Below, one piece after another: positions 39,272 through 54,212 of a stretch of DNA of 64,000 bases. Numbering within the stretch: position 1 is the stretch's first letter; every line of letters starts with the position of its first letter. The notes beneath the pieces are model-generated. The model was not told the DNA's origin. It made no database searches and worked only from the letters and a program-made list of their open reading frames with translations. A program made the translations under genes and the position numbers. Source of the stretch: Eledone cirrhosa (Eukaryota); assembly GCA_964016885.1 (NCBI GenBank), contig OZ024748.1, positions 28,458,001 through 28,522,000 of the forward strand, written 5' to 3'.

Positions 39272-40109
39272 TTACATACAGAATTTTTGGAATGTTTTAC
39301 ATATTTTTACTGTTCCATTAATTGATTGTACTTGTAATTTCCCAACTAGTCGTGTTCTTTCTGTTTCTGTGAAGCCCATCTTCTCAAGATTTGTACTGAG
39401 ACACTTACTAACATATCCTAGAGCCCCTATAATCACAGGTATAAATCTGAAGGTATAGTCGTGGTGGATTTGAAGGTATAGTCGTATTTGTAGATTTCTC
39501 AATAGTTCTGCATAGATATTCTCCTTTTCGTTAATCTTTAATATTAAATTGGCATCTGCTGGGCAACTACCTTCCACTACTGTGCATGCCTTCTTCTCCC
39601 TGTCCCATATCATTATATCTGGTCTGTTATGTTTGCATTTTATTGGAGTTAGGACTGAAACATTCCACCAATACTCTTTCATATTATGTATGTCTATGTC
39701 TTCCACATTGATGTAACTTTTAATATGTTTATTGTCGGGGTTATCTTTTCTATGATTTGCATTGTACAGTGTTTTAGTCTTTTGGCCACTACATCATGCC
39801 TCATAGGTAGATAATACCGTGATAATACCGTATCTTTGGACAGCCTCTTTTCACATGGATGACATCTTCGATGTTAATTCTGAAGAGTCGGCTTTTGTTG
39901 TCACATCTAGATGTTTTGTCTGCATCCCTATCTCTTTTGTGAATCAGGTATTTTGTATTGATTTCCTGTTTTGGGATTGCATATCCTTCAAAGTGAGAGA
40001 CAATATAGCGGTTGTTTGTCCAAGAAAGACTACTTTGTTTATCTATATTACTCTCACTCTGGAGCTTCCTGGCAACATTCGTTCTTTTGGTCCAAGGTTC
40101 TCTCTGCAC
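39272..40109 (-). pseudogene. Degraded 3' part of a second R4/Dong-like retrotransposon
   Basis: KHNRPDIMIWDREKK...SCPAD...EKENIY, FIPVIIGALG; upstream FEGYAI..QEI and decayed zinc knuckle. Confidence 0.82.
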
Positions 40110-40124
40110 CCCCCCCCCCCACGG

Positions 40125-40239
40125 CGGACAATCTGATGTTTGTCACCTATGTGCCTCAGAAATCATGGAGATACTAAGAAGGGGGCGATTGGTGATCAAT
40201 AACAGACCGAACCTTTTTGATAACTGCTCTCTCCCATAG
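40125..40239 (+). pseudogene. Degenerate Penelope-like GIY-YIG C-terminus
   Basis: CHLCASEIMEIL...INNRPNLFDNC parallels QLCIEEIFYIL...INKKNELFSSCRH at 58887-59177. Confidence 0.5.
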
Positions 40240-40788
40240 GCACTCCAAAACCTTCATGAGAACATACCGCGGATAGATACTACTCCAAAGACGAACCCAC
40301 TTACGGGAGAGGTTGACAACACCCTTTACATATCGCACATAACTTCCAGTACCCTAACCACACCTTAGGAATAACTCAACCTGATCTAGCTTTCAACCAC
40401 ATCAGTGATATTCCTATATATAGATAATGAAGAGACACCTCTTTGTGCCTTACCCACACTGTCACTCTAAATTTTTCAGAAACAGTTAGACCATTAAACT
40501 CTCAGCCGGTTCCCAGGCTGTTCCTACTTCTGTTTACTACCATGCATCTGTATTATTATGTATACTGTATTGGAGGACCTAAGTTCACTTGCTTAAACGA
40601 CCGAAATGTATATGTACTGATATATATCTGTATTTTATTTTTTATGTTATTATTACTACTACATTTAGATCCACTATTATTACTAGTATAACCAATGGTA
40701 TGGTCGTCAATAATGCGATCAGTGTCATCTCTTCAATGGTGTCTTCATGATTCTACTCCTACTGTACTTTGAGTTTTGATTATTATTA

Positions 40789-40888
40789 TTGACTTTGCCT
40801 TTCATCCTTACGGGGTCGATAAAATAAAGTACCAGTAATGCATTGGGTAATTGCTGGCCTTGTGCCTAAAGTAGAAACAATTATTATT
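40789..40888 (+). mobile_element. SINE family A, 3' half
   Basis: gactttgcctttcatccttacggggtcgataaaataaagtaccag...gtagaaacaatt. Confidence 0.82.
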
Positions 40889-41380
40889 AATTTTTCTTTC
40901 ATAATTTTCCATATATATTTTAACTTTAATCCCCGACTCTTAATATCCATTGTTCCCATGTTCCCCCACTCACTCCACGGTCTATACCTTCATTGCCAGC
41001 ATGACGGCCATAATTACTATCACTATTGCTATTATCAATGTTTTTTTCTAATTATTGGAATAATCATTATCGTTGTTTACATCTATAGTTTATCACTTGT
41101 AATAGTTCATTTAATACCACTGTTGTTACATGTAATATATTATCTTTTCTTTTTTTTTCTTTCTTTCACTCATGTTTCACGTGCTCGATGTAGCACTAGA
41201 CATTTCCCTAACGTCACACAAAATGGTATGTTTTTTTGTAGCTTAACAACTACAACAACTACAATAACAACACCATTTACAATAATGAAGACGATATTAG
41301 TGATACTAGAAATAATACTGCTACAGTTACCTACATTATATATCAAACATTAAATATATATGACTTTGTTAATTTTCTTA

Positions 41381-41419
<39 letters not shown>

Positions 41420-42070
41420 GGATGCTTAGTAAAATCGAATCTTTGGCGGTGTGCAAGTAAATTCGACCTACTATATGAATGAGTTAGCAAAGCACTCGAC
41501 AAGGTAGGTCCTTAGAGTAATAACATACGCTTGACAAATTGAACATTATGGCAGGCAAAATCTAACACACAATACCAATGTAACGAAAGAACTAACAGGT
41601 TGAGAAAAAAAAAATTTATATATATATAAACTTAAGAAAAAATTAACAAAGACAGGACAAGACAACGAACGAAAACAGAACAAAACAAAAAACAATTTTC
41701 TAAGGGGAAACCTTAAAGAATTATTTTTTTTTAAATATACAAATGAAGGACACAGAACTCCTTGGTCATCGGCCGTTGAGATGGACTTTGGCACTTTCAA
41801 CCCCTACCAACTGCACTGCTGGTCCATCCGGGGCCACAGCGTCTGATATACGCCAAACGATCTCCTGTGGAGTAAGAGACAAAAGACAAAACATTAATTT
41901 ATAGCAATTAAGCTACAAAACATGAATGAAAAGAGAGAGGAGGGGGAGAAATAAGTATATATATATATATATATGAAGAGAGAGAGAAAGGGGGGAGATT
42001 GCGAGTAAGAGTGAAAGAGATAGAGGGAGGGAAGAAGGAAGGAGGAATGAAAAAAGGAAAGAGAGATGGA

Positions 42071-42143
<73 letters not shown>

Positions 42144-42289
42144 ATTTATTCATAATAACTGTTAGTGATTATTACGGTTGTTTGTAAGGGAAACACTGGT
42201 CTAGAGGGCTGTGTGAGTGTGGTAGTGGTGGGAGGGAAAAACAAGTAAAATATGGCGTAGTAAAGAAAGAAGAAAACAATGACAACAAT

Positions 42290-45200
42290 GATACCGGCAA
42301 ATGCCACCACAGCCAGCAGCACCATCACCACCACAATCACAACCACCACCACCAGCACAACAACAACAACAACAACCACCGCCACAACTACCACCACCAC
42401 CGGCACCAACATAACCCACCACCACCACAATCACAACCACCACCACCAGCACCAGCACCACAACTACCACCACCACCGGCAACAACCATAACCCACCACC
42501 ACCACCACACCACAACAACAACAACAGCCACCACCACAACTACCACCACCACCGGCAACAACCATAACCCACCACCACCACCACACCTCAACAACAACAA
42601 CAACCACCGCCACAACTACCACCACCACCGGCACCAACATAACCCACCACCACCACCACAACAACAACAACCACCGCCACAACTACCACCACCACCACAC
42701 CACAACAACAACAACAACAGCCACAACTACCACCACCACCGGCACCAACATAACCACCACCACCACACCACAACAACAACAACCACCTCCACAACTACCA
42801 CCACCACCGGCACCAACATAACCACCACCACCACACCACAACAACAACAACAACAGCCACAACTACCACCACCACCGGCACCAACATAACCCACCACCAC
42901 CACCACAACAACAACAACCACCGCCACAACTACCACCACCACCACACCACAACAACAACAACAACAGCCACAACTACCACCACCACCGGCACCAACATAA
43001 CCACCACCACCACACCACAACAACAACAACCACCTCCACAACTACCACCACCACCGGCACCAACATAACCACCACCACCACACCACAACAACAACAACAA
43101 CAGCCACAATTACCACCACCACCGGCACCAACATAACCACCACCACCACACCACAACAACAACAACAACAGCCACAACTACCACCACCACCGGCACCAAC
43201 ATAACCACCACCACCACACCACAACAACAACAACCACCGCCACAACTACCACCACCACCACCACCACCGGCACCTACATAACCACCACCACCACACCACA
43301 ACAACAACAACAACAGCCACAACTACCACCACCACCGGCACCAACATAACCCACCACCACCACCACCACACCAACCACCGCCACAACTACCACCACCACC
43401 ACCACCGGCACCAACATAACCACCACCACCACACCACAACAACAACAACAACAACCACCGCCACAACTACCACCACCACCGGCACCAACATAACCCACCA
43501 CCACCACCACCACCACAACAACAACAACAACCACCGCCACAACTACCACCACCACAACAACAACCACCGCCTTAACTACCACCACCACCGGCACCAACAT
43601 AACCCACCACCACCACCACAACAACAACCACCGCCACAACTACCACCACCACCGGCACCAACATAACCCACCATCACCACCACCACAACAACCACGGCCA
43701 CAACTACCACCATAACCAGCACCAACACAACCCAACACCACCACAACAACAACCATCACTATAAGTAGCACAACCGCAACCACCAACACCACAACCAGCA
43801 CCAACACAACTCACCATCACCACCACCTCCACCACAACGCAACGACCACCACAACCATCACAACAATAATCACCACCACAGCAACAACCAGCACCATCAC
43901 AACAACCACCATTACCACCACCACATCAACCACCACCACAACAATTACCTCCACAACCACCACCACAACCAACACTACAACTAGCATGAACACAACCCAC
44001 CATCACCACCACAACCAGCACCAACACAACCCACCATTACCACCACCACAACAACTACCGCCACAACCACAACCACAACTACCGCCACAACCACCACCAT
44101 AACAACTACCGCCACAACCAATACCGCAACAACTACCGCCACAACCTCACCCAGTACTACCGCCACAACCACCACCACAACCACTACTGCCACAACCACC
44201 ACCAACACAACTCACCATCACCACCACCACCACAACCACCACCACACAACCACCACCACAACCCACCATCACCACCATCACCACCATCACCACCATCACC
44301 ACCACCACACAACCACCACCACAACCCACCACCACCACCACCACCACCACCACCACCACACAACCACGACCACAACCCACCATTACCACCAATACCATCA
44401 ACCATCACCACAACCATCACCACCACCACACAACCCACCATCACCACCAATACCATCAACCATCACCACAACCATCACCACCACCACACAACCCACCATC
44501 ACCACCACCACACAACCACAACCCACCATCACCACCACCACACAACCACCACAACCACCACCACAACCCACCATCACCACCACCACACAACCCACCATCA
44601 CCGCCACCTCCACAACCACCACCACAACCACCACCACAACCCACCATCACCACCACCACAACCCACCATCACCAACCCACAACCACCACCACAACCGACC
44701 ATCACAACCACCACCACAACCCACCATCACCACCACCCCACAACCACCACCACAACCACCACCACAACCCACCATCACAACCCCCACCACAACCCACCAT
44801 TACCACCACCACCACAACCCACCATCACCACCACACAACCACCACCACAACCTACCATCACCATCACCACCACCACAACCACCACCACAACCCCACCATC
44901 ACCACCACCACAACCCACACCACCACCACACAACCACCACCACAACCCACCATTACCACCACAACCCACCATCACCACCACCACAACCCACCACCACACA
45001 ACCACCACAACCACCACCACCACCACCACAACCACCTCCACAACCCACCATCACCACCACCACAACCACCACCACCACCACACAACCACCACCACAACCC
45101 ACCATTACCCCCACCACCACAACCCACCACCACGACCACCACCACAACCCACCCCACCACGACCACAACCCACCACAACCACCACCACAACCCACCATTA

Positions 45201-46515
45201 CCACCACCACAACCACCACCACCACCACCACCACAACCACCACCACAACCCACCATTACCACCACCACAACCACCACCACCACCACCACCATCACCACCA
45301 CCACAACCCACCACCACCACCACACCATCACCACCACCACAACCCACCACCACCACCACCACACAACCACCACCACAACCCACCACCACCACCACCATCA
45401 CCACCACCACAACCCACCATCACCACCACCACAACCCACCACCACCACCACCACCATCACCACCACCACAACCCACCACCACCACCATCATCACCACCAC
45501 AACCCACCACCACCACCACCACCACCACACAACCACCACCACAACCCTCCATCACCACACAGCCACCACCACAACCACCACCACAACCCACCATCATCAT
45601 CACCACAACCCACCACCACCACCACACAACCACCACCACCACAACCACCACCACAACCCACCATCACCACCACCACAACCCACCACCACAACCACCACCA
45701 CAACACACCATTACCACCACCACAACCCACCATCATCATCACCACAACCCACCACCACCACCACACAACAACCACCACCACAACCACCACCACAACCCAC
45801 CATCACCACCACCACAACCCACCACCACAACCACCACCACAACACACCATTACCACCACCACAACCCACCATTACCACCACCACCACAAACCACCACCAC
45901 AACCCACCGCCACCACCACCACCACAACCCACCACCACAACCACCACCACAACCCACCACCACCACACAACCACCACCACAACCCACCATTACCACCACC
46001 ACCACAAACCACCACCACAACCCATCGCCACCACCACCACCACAACCCACCACCACAACCACCCCCACAACCCACCACCACCACAAACCACCACCACAAC
46101 CCACCGCCACCACCACAACCACCACCACACAACCACCACCACCACACAACCCACCATTACCACCACCACCACAAACCACCACCACAACCCACCGCCACCA
46201 CCACCACCACAACCCACCACCACAACCACCACCACAACCCACCACCACCACAAACCACCACCACAACCCACCGCCACCACCACCACCACAACCCACCACC
46301 ATTACCACCACCACAACCCACCACCACCACACAACCACCACCACAACCCACCATTACCACCTCCACCACAAACCACCACCACAACCCACCGCCACAACCA
46401 CCACCACAACCACCACCACAAACCACCACCATTACCACCACCACAACCCACCACCACCACACAACCACCACCACAACCCACCACCATTACCACCACCACA
46501 ACAACAATAACAACA
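42290..46515. repeat. ~4.2-kb CAC/CAA-rich array, with a ~68-bp higher-order unit in 42350-43670
   Basis: Direct reading; recurring accggcaccaacataacc marker. Confidence 0.92.
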
Positions 46516-46713
46516 AAATGAATGCGTAATGAAAGATATGTAGAAATCGGATGAGACGACAAGCGCCTGTCAGTGGATATATGGGACTCGCCCTTCCCGT
46601 AGGGAATTGTCGGGAGTTCTTTGTAGGGTTTATATAGGGACTTCTGGAAAACCACTGAGAAGATGTCATTTGGATTATAACATCGCTACCACCTCTATAC
46701 CCCCTCTTCTCAT

Positions 46714-46758
<45 letters not shown>

Positions 46759-46832
46759 CATACACACACACACATATATATACATACACACACACATATA
46801 TATATATACACACACACACATGTATATAAAAA

Positions 46833-46869
<37 letters not shown>

Positions 46870-47383
46870 TTTTTTAAATATCTACTACCACTAACACCTC
46901 CACCACTACCACCACGCCCTTGTTTAGCTATATTGAGGGTAATTTGCCGTTAATACCTGCTCAGATAGTATTACATCTCGCACAAACACCACCACCAACA
47001 TTACTGTGACTATTTTTATAGTTATTATAGTTGTTTAGCCCTAGGTCAATTTTTAGCCAGTAGACTCATGAATGATTAAAATCATTCCAACCACGACCAT
47101 TCCGCCTCTATATAGAACTTAGATTATAGAATGTATCTTTTAGCATTTATTAAGGTGGTATAGTCACAATTTGAGAGATGTTGTGAGATTGCTATTTCTA
47201 GCAGTTAAAATGACCATCAACAGGCTTCTCCGTAATTGTTATGGTTGATGTTGATGGCAGCGGGGAGAGTGACGGCGGTGTTCAACAACAGTTAACGAGG
47301 TGAAGAGGATGAAAGAAAAAAAATAACACTTTTCCTCGTGGTATTTTATTTTATGCCAGTTGCCCCTTTTTACATATAAGTAG

Positions 47384-47385
<2 letters not shown>

Positions 47386-47421
<36 letters not shown>

Positions 47422-47493
47422 TTATATACTGTATATACATTATTCACTTTCTCTGTATCTGGCTTACTGCGCGCGAGCACTCACACAACACAT

Positions 47494-47575
<82 letters not shown>

Positions 47576-47613
47576 ATAGGTGTAACTGTAGATACATATA
47601 TATATATAAGTAT

Positions 47614-47656
<43 letters not shown>

Positions 47657-47671
47657 TATACACACATATAA

Positions 47672-47707
<36 letters not shown>

Positions 47708-47717
47708 ATAGGTGTAA

Positions 47718-47760
<43 letters not shown>

Positions 47761-47771
47761 TATACACACAC

Positions 47772-47828
<57 letters not shown>

Positions 47829-47831
47829 TAT

Positions 47832-47882
<51 letters not shown>

Positions 47883-47931
47883 TATACATATATATATATA
47901 TAAGTATACATATATAAGTATACACATATAA

Positions 47932-47977
<46 letters not shown>

Positions 47978-48000
47978 ATAGGTGTAACCGTAGATACATA
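47386..48000. repeat. TA/CA/TG compound repeat with duplicated tataggtgtaactgta modules
   Basis: Module occurs three times (~47575, 47707, 47977). Confidence 0.85.
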
Positions 48001-48219
48001 TATACACTGGCCATACAATCGTGTATGTTCCCATAAATACGTATGAACAATGTCGCCATTGTATAAGCTATGGTGAAAGTACGTCGAAGGAAGGGTGGGG
48101 CTGGGGGTGGCAGTGGTGAACAACGTGAAAGGGAATAGACGGGTGGGTGTCTGGTGTGTCTACGGGTGGCTCGTTGGACAATCTAACACCCTCGGGACGA
48201 GATGCTGACTTAGAAGAAA

Positions 48220-49050
48220 CATCACCATCAACATCATCATCACCATCACCAACATCACCATCATCATCATCATCAACATCTTTCTCATCATCGCCATCAT
48301 CGTCGTTCATGCAACCACCGCACTAACATTACTACTATTACCGCCACCGCCACCGCTGCCGCTACCACCACCACTACCACCACCACCACCACCACTACCA
48401 CCACCACTAACACCTACACCACCACCACTACCACCATCACCACCATCACCGCCACCACTGCCACCAACACTACCACCACCAACACCACCGCCACTACCAC
48501 CATCACCACCACCGCCGCCACTACCACCGCTGCCAGCATCACCAACACCGCCACCACTACCACCATCAAGATCACCATCACCGCTGCCACCACTACCACC
48601 ATCACCACCACCACCACTACCACCATCACCACCACCACCACCTCTACCACCACCACTACCACCATCAAGATCACCATCACCACCACTACCACCATCACCA
48701 TCACCGCCACCTCTACCACCACCACTACCACCATCAAGATCACCATCACCACCACTACCACCATCACCACCACCGCCACCGCTACCACCACTACCACCAC
48801 CACTACCACCATCACCACCACCGCCACCACTACCACCACCACTACCACCATCAACATCACCGCCACCGCAGCCACCACTACCACCACCACTACCACCTCC
48901 ATCACCACCATCACCAGCACCACCACCACTACCACCACCACTACCACCATCAACATCACCGCCACCGCAGCCACCACTACCACCACCACTACCACCTCCA
49001 TCACCACCATCACCAGCACCACCACCACTACCACCACCACTACCAGCACC
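48220..49050. repeat. (CAT)n and (CAC/CTA)n compound array
   Basis: Direct reading. Confidence 0.92.
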
Positions 49051-50018
49051 GTCACACATAAACTAGTGCAACATCAGCAAAAACAGTGTTTCTTTCAGAA
49101 ACATACAGGAACTAGTAATAACACACACATACACTCACACACATACACATACATACACACACACGTATATATGTGTATATATAAATACATACATCAATAG
49201 ACATATACATTGGCATATTTCTTTACATACTCACACACACTCATATATGTGTATACATATCTGTGTGAGGGTAAGTATACGTACATGTATATATACAGTA
49301 TATATATAAAGACTGAAAGAAAGAGGGATATATACACGTATTTGTTGCTGTCTACATATAAACAGACGTATGTCCATGTTGCACAAGTAATTACCAAATA
49401 ATTCACTAATACATGTGTATATATTACACTCAGATTATTTTCTCCTCACAAAATGTACTGTATGTGTGCCTGTGAGAATATATGTATGTATAATTTATAT
49501 ATATATATATGCAAAAGTTATATTTAATTTGTTGGGATTCAACAAGCTTAAAAGTTTTATAACTGATAAAGCACTCAACAGTTTGGGGTTTGAAATTATG
49601 CTAAGAATATACAGCGAGGAAGTAAAAGAAGAACATTATTTGTCCCCAACCTGTCAAAATAAGCAGAGGTCTTCAATAATTAATGCAAACGAATATTTAG
49701 TGCAATCTTTGTACACATAAAACTATGCTGATAATGAAGGAAAACACTGAACAGGATGTAGTTATACAAATGATTAAAGACAATACACGTTGCAAATCTG
49801 TAAAAAAACAGGCAAGTACAAAAAGTTGTAATGAAAGCAGAGTTGTATACAAACAAAAAAACAATGAGAGTAGAATAAGAGAAAATCTATTCTTTGAGAG
49901 CATCCTCTGCTGTGTATGGTTAAATTTTTAACTTATAATCCAAAATATCCTGCATGGTATGTTTTGTAATGAGTAAGGTGAAGTCAAGGCAGAGCTGTAA
50001 TAAGTTTTTTTGTTAACA

Positions 50019-50723
50019 CTAAAGCACTTCAGGATAGATGATATTCTTTGTTTTTCTTTTCGGAACAAACGCAAAGAGATTATCTCGACTGCCAACTCGT
50101 GAGCAGGCAACGTAGAATTGTCCGTGCGAAAAGCAAGGTTCATCCAAGTGAATTCCAGCGACGGACAGAGTTTGACCTTGCGACTTTTTTATGGACAACG
50201 CAAAGGCAACACGAAATTGGGTTCGGCGAAAGGAGAAGGGAGTGTCCACGCCTGATGTAGTCAAGCTAATTTTTGTTATTATCACATCCTCGCCTTTTTC
50301 CAAATCCGGATAGAATGGTAGCGTCAATACTAAGTGGGGACAGTTTTTAACCACAAGGCGTGTACCATTGCATAGTTTTGGAGGGGTGATATTTCTCAGC
50401 AAAATAACTGGTGTTCCCTCTTTCAGAACCAATGTATTAGGAAGTAAACCAATTTCTGAAAAGTTGTTATCTCCCTTTTTTATAAGGATTGTCAATAAAG
50501 TTTGTTATCTCCCTTACATCAATTTTTCTACCGATAATTTTGATATCGATTTTTTATTGCTCAACGTGTGTCGATTTGAAAAATGTTTGTGATGTGACAA
50601 TCTTAGCGACCTGTGCAACGTGCACAGAAAATTTGGTCAAATTCAGTTGGTAATTGTGAAAGCCTTATGCATGCAAAGTTGTACACAGAAACACACACAT
50701 CCTCGCTTTTATATATATAAAGA
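50019..50723 (-). mobile_element. Internally deleted Helitron: putative 5' end plus PIF1-like helicase C-terminal fragment
   Basis: LVLKEGTPVILLRNITPPKLCNGTRL, SIKKSQGQTL, FSHGQFYVACSRV, TKNIIYPEVL; putative 5' end TCTTTATATATATAAAAGCG at 50723; 3' end not located. Confidence 0.78.
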
Positions 50724-50810
50724 TATTTCACGGGCAACCAAGGCAAATTTTGGTGCGCTTTCATCAGATAAAATACAAAATTTGTTTTATAAATGTTGAC
50801 ATATCCGGGG
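50724..50810 (-). ncRNA. Family P2 hammerhead motif, cut off just after GAAATA
   Basis: tgtattttat CTGATGA aagcgcaccaa...ttggttgcccgt GAAA ta; flank matches 57441-57490. Confidence 0.55.
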
Positions 50811-50934
50811 AAAAACAACCTTGACTGTTGGAGGTTATCTTATATATATATAAAATATTTCCGCTCTACATGGCTGAATACAATAAATGACATCTTCACA
50901 CTTTGTTTGGCAGGATATGGGCTAGTGAATCCGT

Positions 50935-52680
50935 ACCTGAAGACTGGAGTGATGCAGTAATGTAGTCTTCTACAAGAGAAAGGGTAACAAGAATGATTGT
51001 GGAAACTACAAGGGTATATCATTGCTTTCTGTCGTAGGAAAAAATTTATGTAGGGTGCTTCTAACCGTCTGCTGACACACATTGCAGATTGTGTTCTTCC
51101 TGAAAGTCAATCTGGTTTTCGTGCTGGACGCGGCACTACTGATATGATCTCAGCTAGACAGCTCCAGGAGAAGTGCATGGAAAAAATTTAGGTTCTGTAT
51201 CAGGTTTTTGTCGATCTGACAAAAGCTTTCGATGCTGTTAACAGAAATGCATTGTGGAAGGTTCTCCAGAAACTTGGTTGCCCCGATAAGTTCCTTGCTT
51301 TGGTTAGGTCTTTCCATGACGACATGAAGGCTTGGGTTAATGTCAGAGGTAACATGTCAGAGCCTATCTCAGTAAAAAATGGAGTGAAACAGGGGGATAT
51401 TCCAGCACCGACCCTGTTTGCTATATACTTTGCAATTGTTTTTTGTATTGCATTCAGGAATTGCGAGCATGGTGTTTACATCCAGTATCGAACCTCTGGC
51501 AGCATATTTAACATCAGGCGCTTTGCTGCAAAAACAAAGGTATTTACATCAATCATAAAAGACCTCTTGTATGCAGATGATTGCCATCTTGTAGCGCACA
51601 CAGAGAGTGATATGCAGCACATTCTGAATGCATTTTCTGATGCTTGCACTGCCCTAGGATTGACTGTCAGTCTCAAGAAAACCGTCGTCATGTACCAACC
51701 TGCCCCTGGTAAGCAGTACAGTGAACCAAATATCTATGTGTATGGTAAACGACTTGGAGTGGTTAATCAGTTTATCTACCTGGGAAGCACTGTCAATAGA
51801 TACAGCAATCTTGATAATGAAATTCCACTCAGGATTAGGAAAGTAAGTGATACTTTCGGAAAGCTAGAAAGGTGTTTCTGGGGTCGGCGAGACATATGCA
51901 AGAAGACAAAGGTAAAGGTGTATAAGGCATGTGTGCTCTCTTCTCTTCTTTATGCCTGTGAGACCTGGGTCACATATCGACACCACCTTAAACAATCGGA
52001 GCGTTTCCATCAGATATGTCTCAGACGGATCCATGGCGTTCACTGGAGGGACCACATCAGTTATGTCGAGATTTTGGAAAGCTCTCTTTGTGAAAGTATA
52101 GAAGCTCTTGTGCTTAAGCAACGACTCCGTTGGAGTGGTCACCTTGCCAGGATGAAGGATTCTAAAATACCGAAACAACTCTTTTATGGAGAGTTAGTTA
52201 AATGAAAACAACCTCCACATAAACCAAAAAAGATGTATAAGGATTCGTTGAAAGCCTCTTTGAAAGACGCTAACATCTCTGCTGATACATGGGAAAGCGT
52301 AGTTGCTGATCATAATAAAGAGACTGTACACGAGGGGAAAGTTGCCTTTGAGGCATCTCGAATGGCATACGAGAAAGTAAAAAGGGATGTGAGGAAGGGC
52401 ATTGCTGTCGCGTTTCCAGACAGCGAAGGCCTTCCTATGGCGTTGACATGCAGCGTCTGCGCGAGACTCTCCCTCAGTAAAGCTGAACTCGAAAGTCATC
52501 TTCGCGGTCATAAAGTGAGACCACTGGTTGACTACCAGGATGCTGCTCATCACACCTGTCAAGCATGTGAAAGAGAGTGTAAATCAGCAGGAGGGCTCAA
52601 ACGACAGGCAAGCGTGCATGAAATCCAACCACAGCCGGCTATTGCTAGTGAATGTTTTAGCTGCCAACTCTGTGCAAGAC
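50935..52680 (+). mobile_element. 5'-truncated RTE (BovB-like) LINE with C-terminal C2H2-type fingers
   Basis: CGNYKGISLLS, PESQSGFRAGRGT, FVDLTKAFD, GVKQG, LYADD, FIYLGS, LLYACETW, RLRWSGHLARM; CSVC..HLRGH and CQAC fingers; frameshifts and a stop. Confidence 0.9.
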
Positions 52681-52745
52681 ATCATATATGTATGTGTGTG
52701 TGTGTACATGTATGTGTATGTTATATGTGTGTGTGTATGTGTATG

Positions 52746-52864
<119 letters not shown>

Positions 52865-52933
52865 TATGAAGAGAGAAGAAACATTTAGATATAATTAGTA
52901 ATAAAATGTATCATACCTAAACTGTTCCTAAAT

Positions 52934-53021
52934 TCCTCGACTACGTAGTTTCGTGGCATAAACAAAAACAATATATCAAAGATATAGAGTCCTTGCGAGG
53001 TCTGCCGACTTATCAAGAGGA
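52934..53021 (-). ncRNA. Type I hammerhead ribozyme (U3-A8 variant), unit 1
   Basis: tcctc TTGATAA gtcggca...tgccac GAAA ctacgta GTC gagga. Confidence 0.8.
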
Positions 53022-53525
53022 TACCTCATTTTACTAGTCTCAAGAACGCGTCCACACGACGTGAGAAAGAATCCCAAAAGGCGGAGGGGGAGATAGTCAC
53101 GCGATATAACGGTCGAGAAACAGAGCTAAGCCTCTTATAACCACGAAAAAAAATACCACGGAGGCGGAGGGGGTATTCATATCGAGGCCGTAGAAGAGGT
53201 AGTGAAGAAGGCGAGAAGTATGAGTAATGGAAGCTTTCCAGTTGTCCCCACACTTCAAAGATTGCTCGACCAGAGGGAGTTATTAATACATTTAGAAACA
53301 CACAGATACATGCGGACACACACATATATACATGAATGCATCCGCACCCAACTGTGAGTTAAGGGTGCCAACTTCACCGATGTTGCTCAATGAATGACTG
53401 GGACAGGCCAATTCAGTTTGAACCAGACTGAACCAGTATCAGAGTTAAAAATACATTATGAAGAGAGAAGAAACATTTAGATATAATTAGTAATAAAATG
53501 TATCATACCTAAACTGTTCCTAAAT

Positions 53526-53613
53526 TCCTCGACTACGTAGTTTCGTGGCATAAACAAAAACAATATATCAAAGATATAGAGTCCTTGCGAGGTCTGCCGA
53601 CTTATCAAGAGGA
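53526..53613 (-). ncRNA. Type I hammerhead ribozyme, unit 2
   Basis: Identical motif. Confidence 0.8.
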
Positions 53614-54124
53614 TACCTCATTTTACTAGTCTCAAGAACGCGTCCACACGACGTGAGAAAGAATCCCAAAAGGCGGAGGGGGAGATAGTCACGCGATATA
53701 ACGGTCGAGAAACAGAGCTAAGCCTCTTATAACCACGAAAAAAAAAAAAAAATACCACGGAGGCGGAGGGGGTATTCATATCGAGGCCGTAGAAGAGGTA
53801 GTGAAGAAGGCGAGAAGTATGAGTAATGGAAGCTTTCCAGTTGTCCCCACACTTCAAAGATTGCTCGACCAGAGGGAGTTATTAATACATTTAGAAACAC
53901 ACAGATACATGCGGACACACACATATATACATGAATGCATCCGCACCCAACTGTGAGTTAAGGGTGCCAACTTCACCGATGTTGCTCAATGAATGACTGG
54001 GACAGGCCAATTCAGTTTGAACCAGACTGAACCAGTATCAGAGTTAAAAATACATTATGAAGAGAGAAGAAACATTTAGATATAATTAGTAATAAAATGT
54101 ATCATACCTAAACTGTTCCTAAAT

Positions 54125-54212
54125 TCCTCGACTACGTAGTTTCGTGGCATAAACAAAAACAATATATCAAAGATATAGAGTCCTTGCGAGGTCTGCCGAC
54201 TTATCAAGAGGA
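54125..54212 (-). ncRNA. Type I hammerhead ribozyme, unit 3
   Basis: Identical motif. Confidence 0.8.

Noticed and set aside
40570-40620. Hammerhead downstream of the 40125 GIY-YIG remnant
   Set aside because: GAAA present, but no intact CTGANGA or convincing stems
46520-46690. Unique island as an exon (also 34850-34980 and 48010-48220)
   Set aside because: No paired splice signals or recognisable peptide
50019-50495. Host PIF1 helicase gene
   Set aside because: Intronless, degraded C-terminal fragment with a Helitron-type ending
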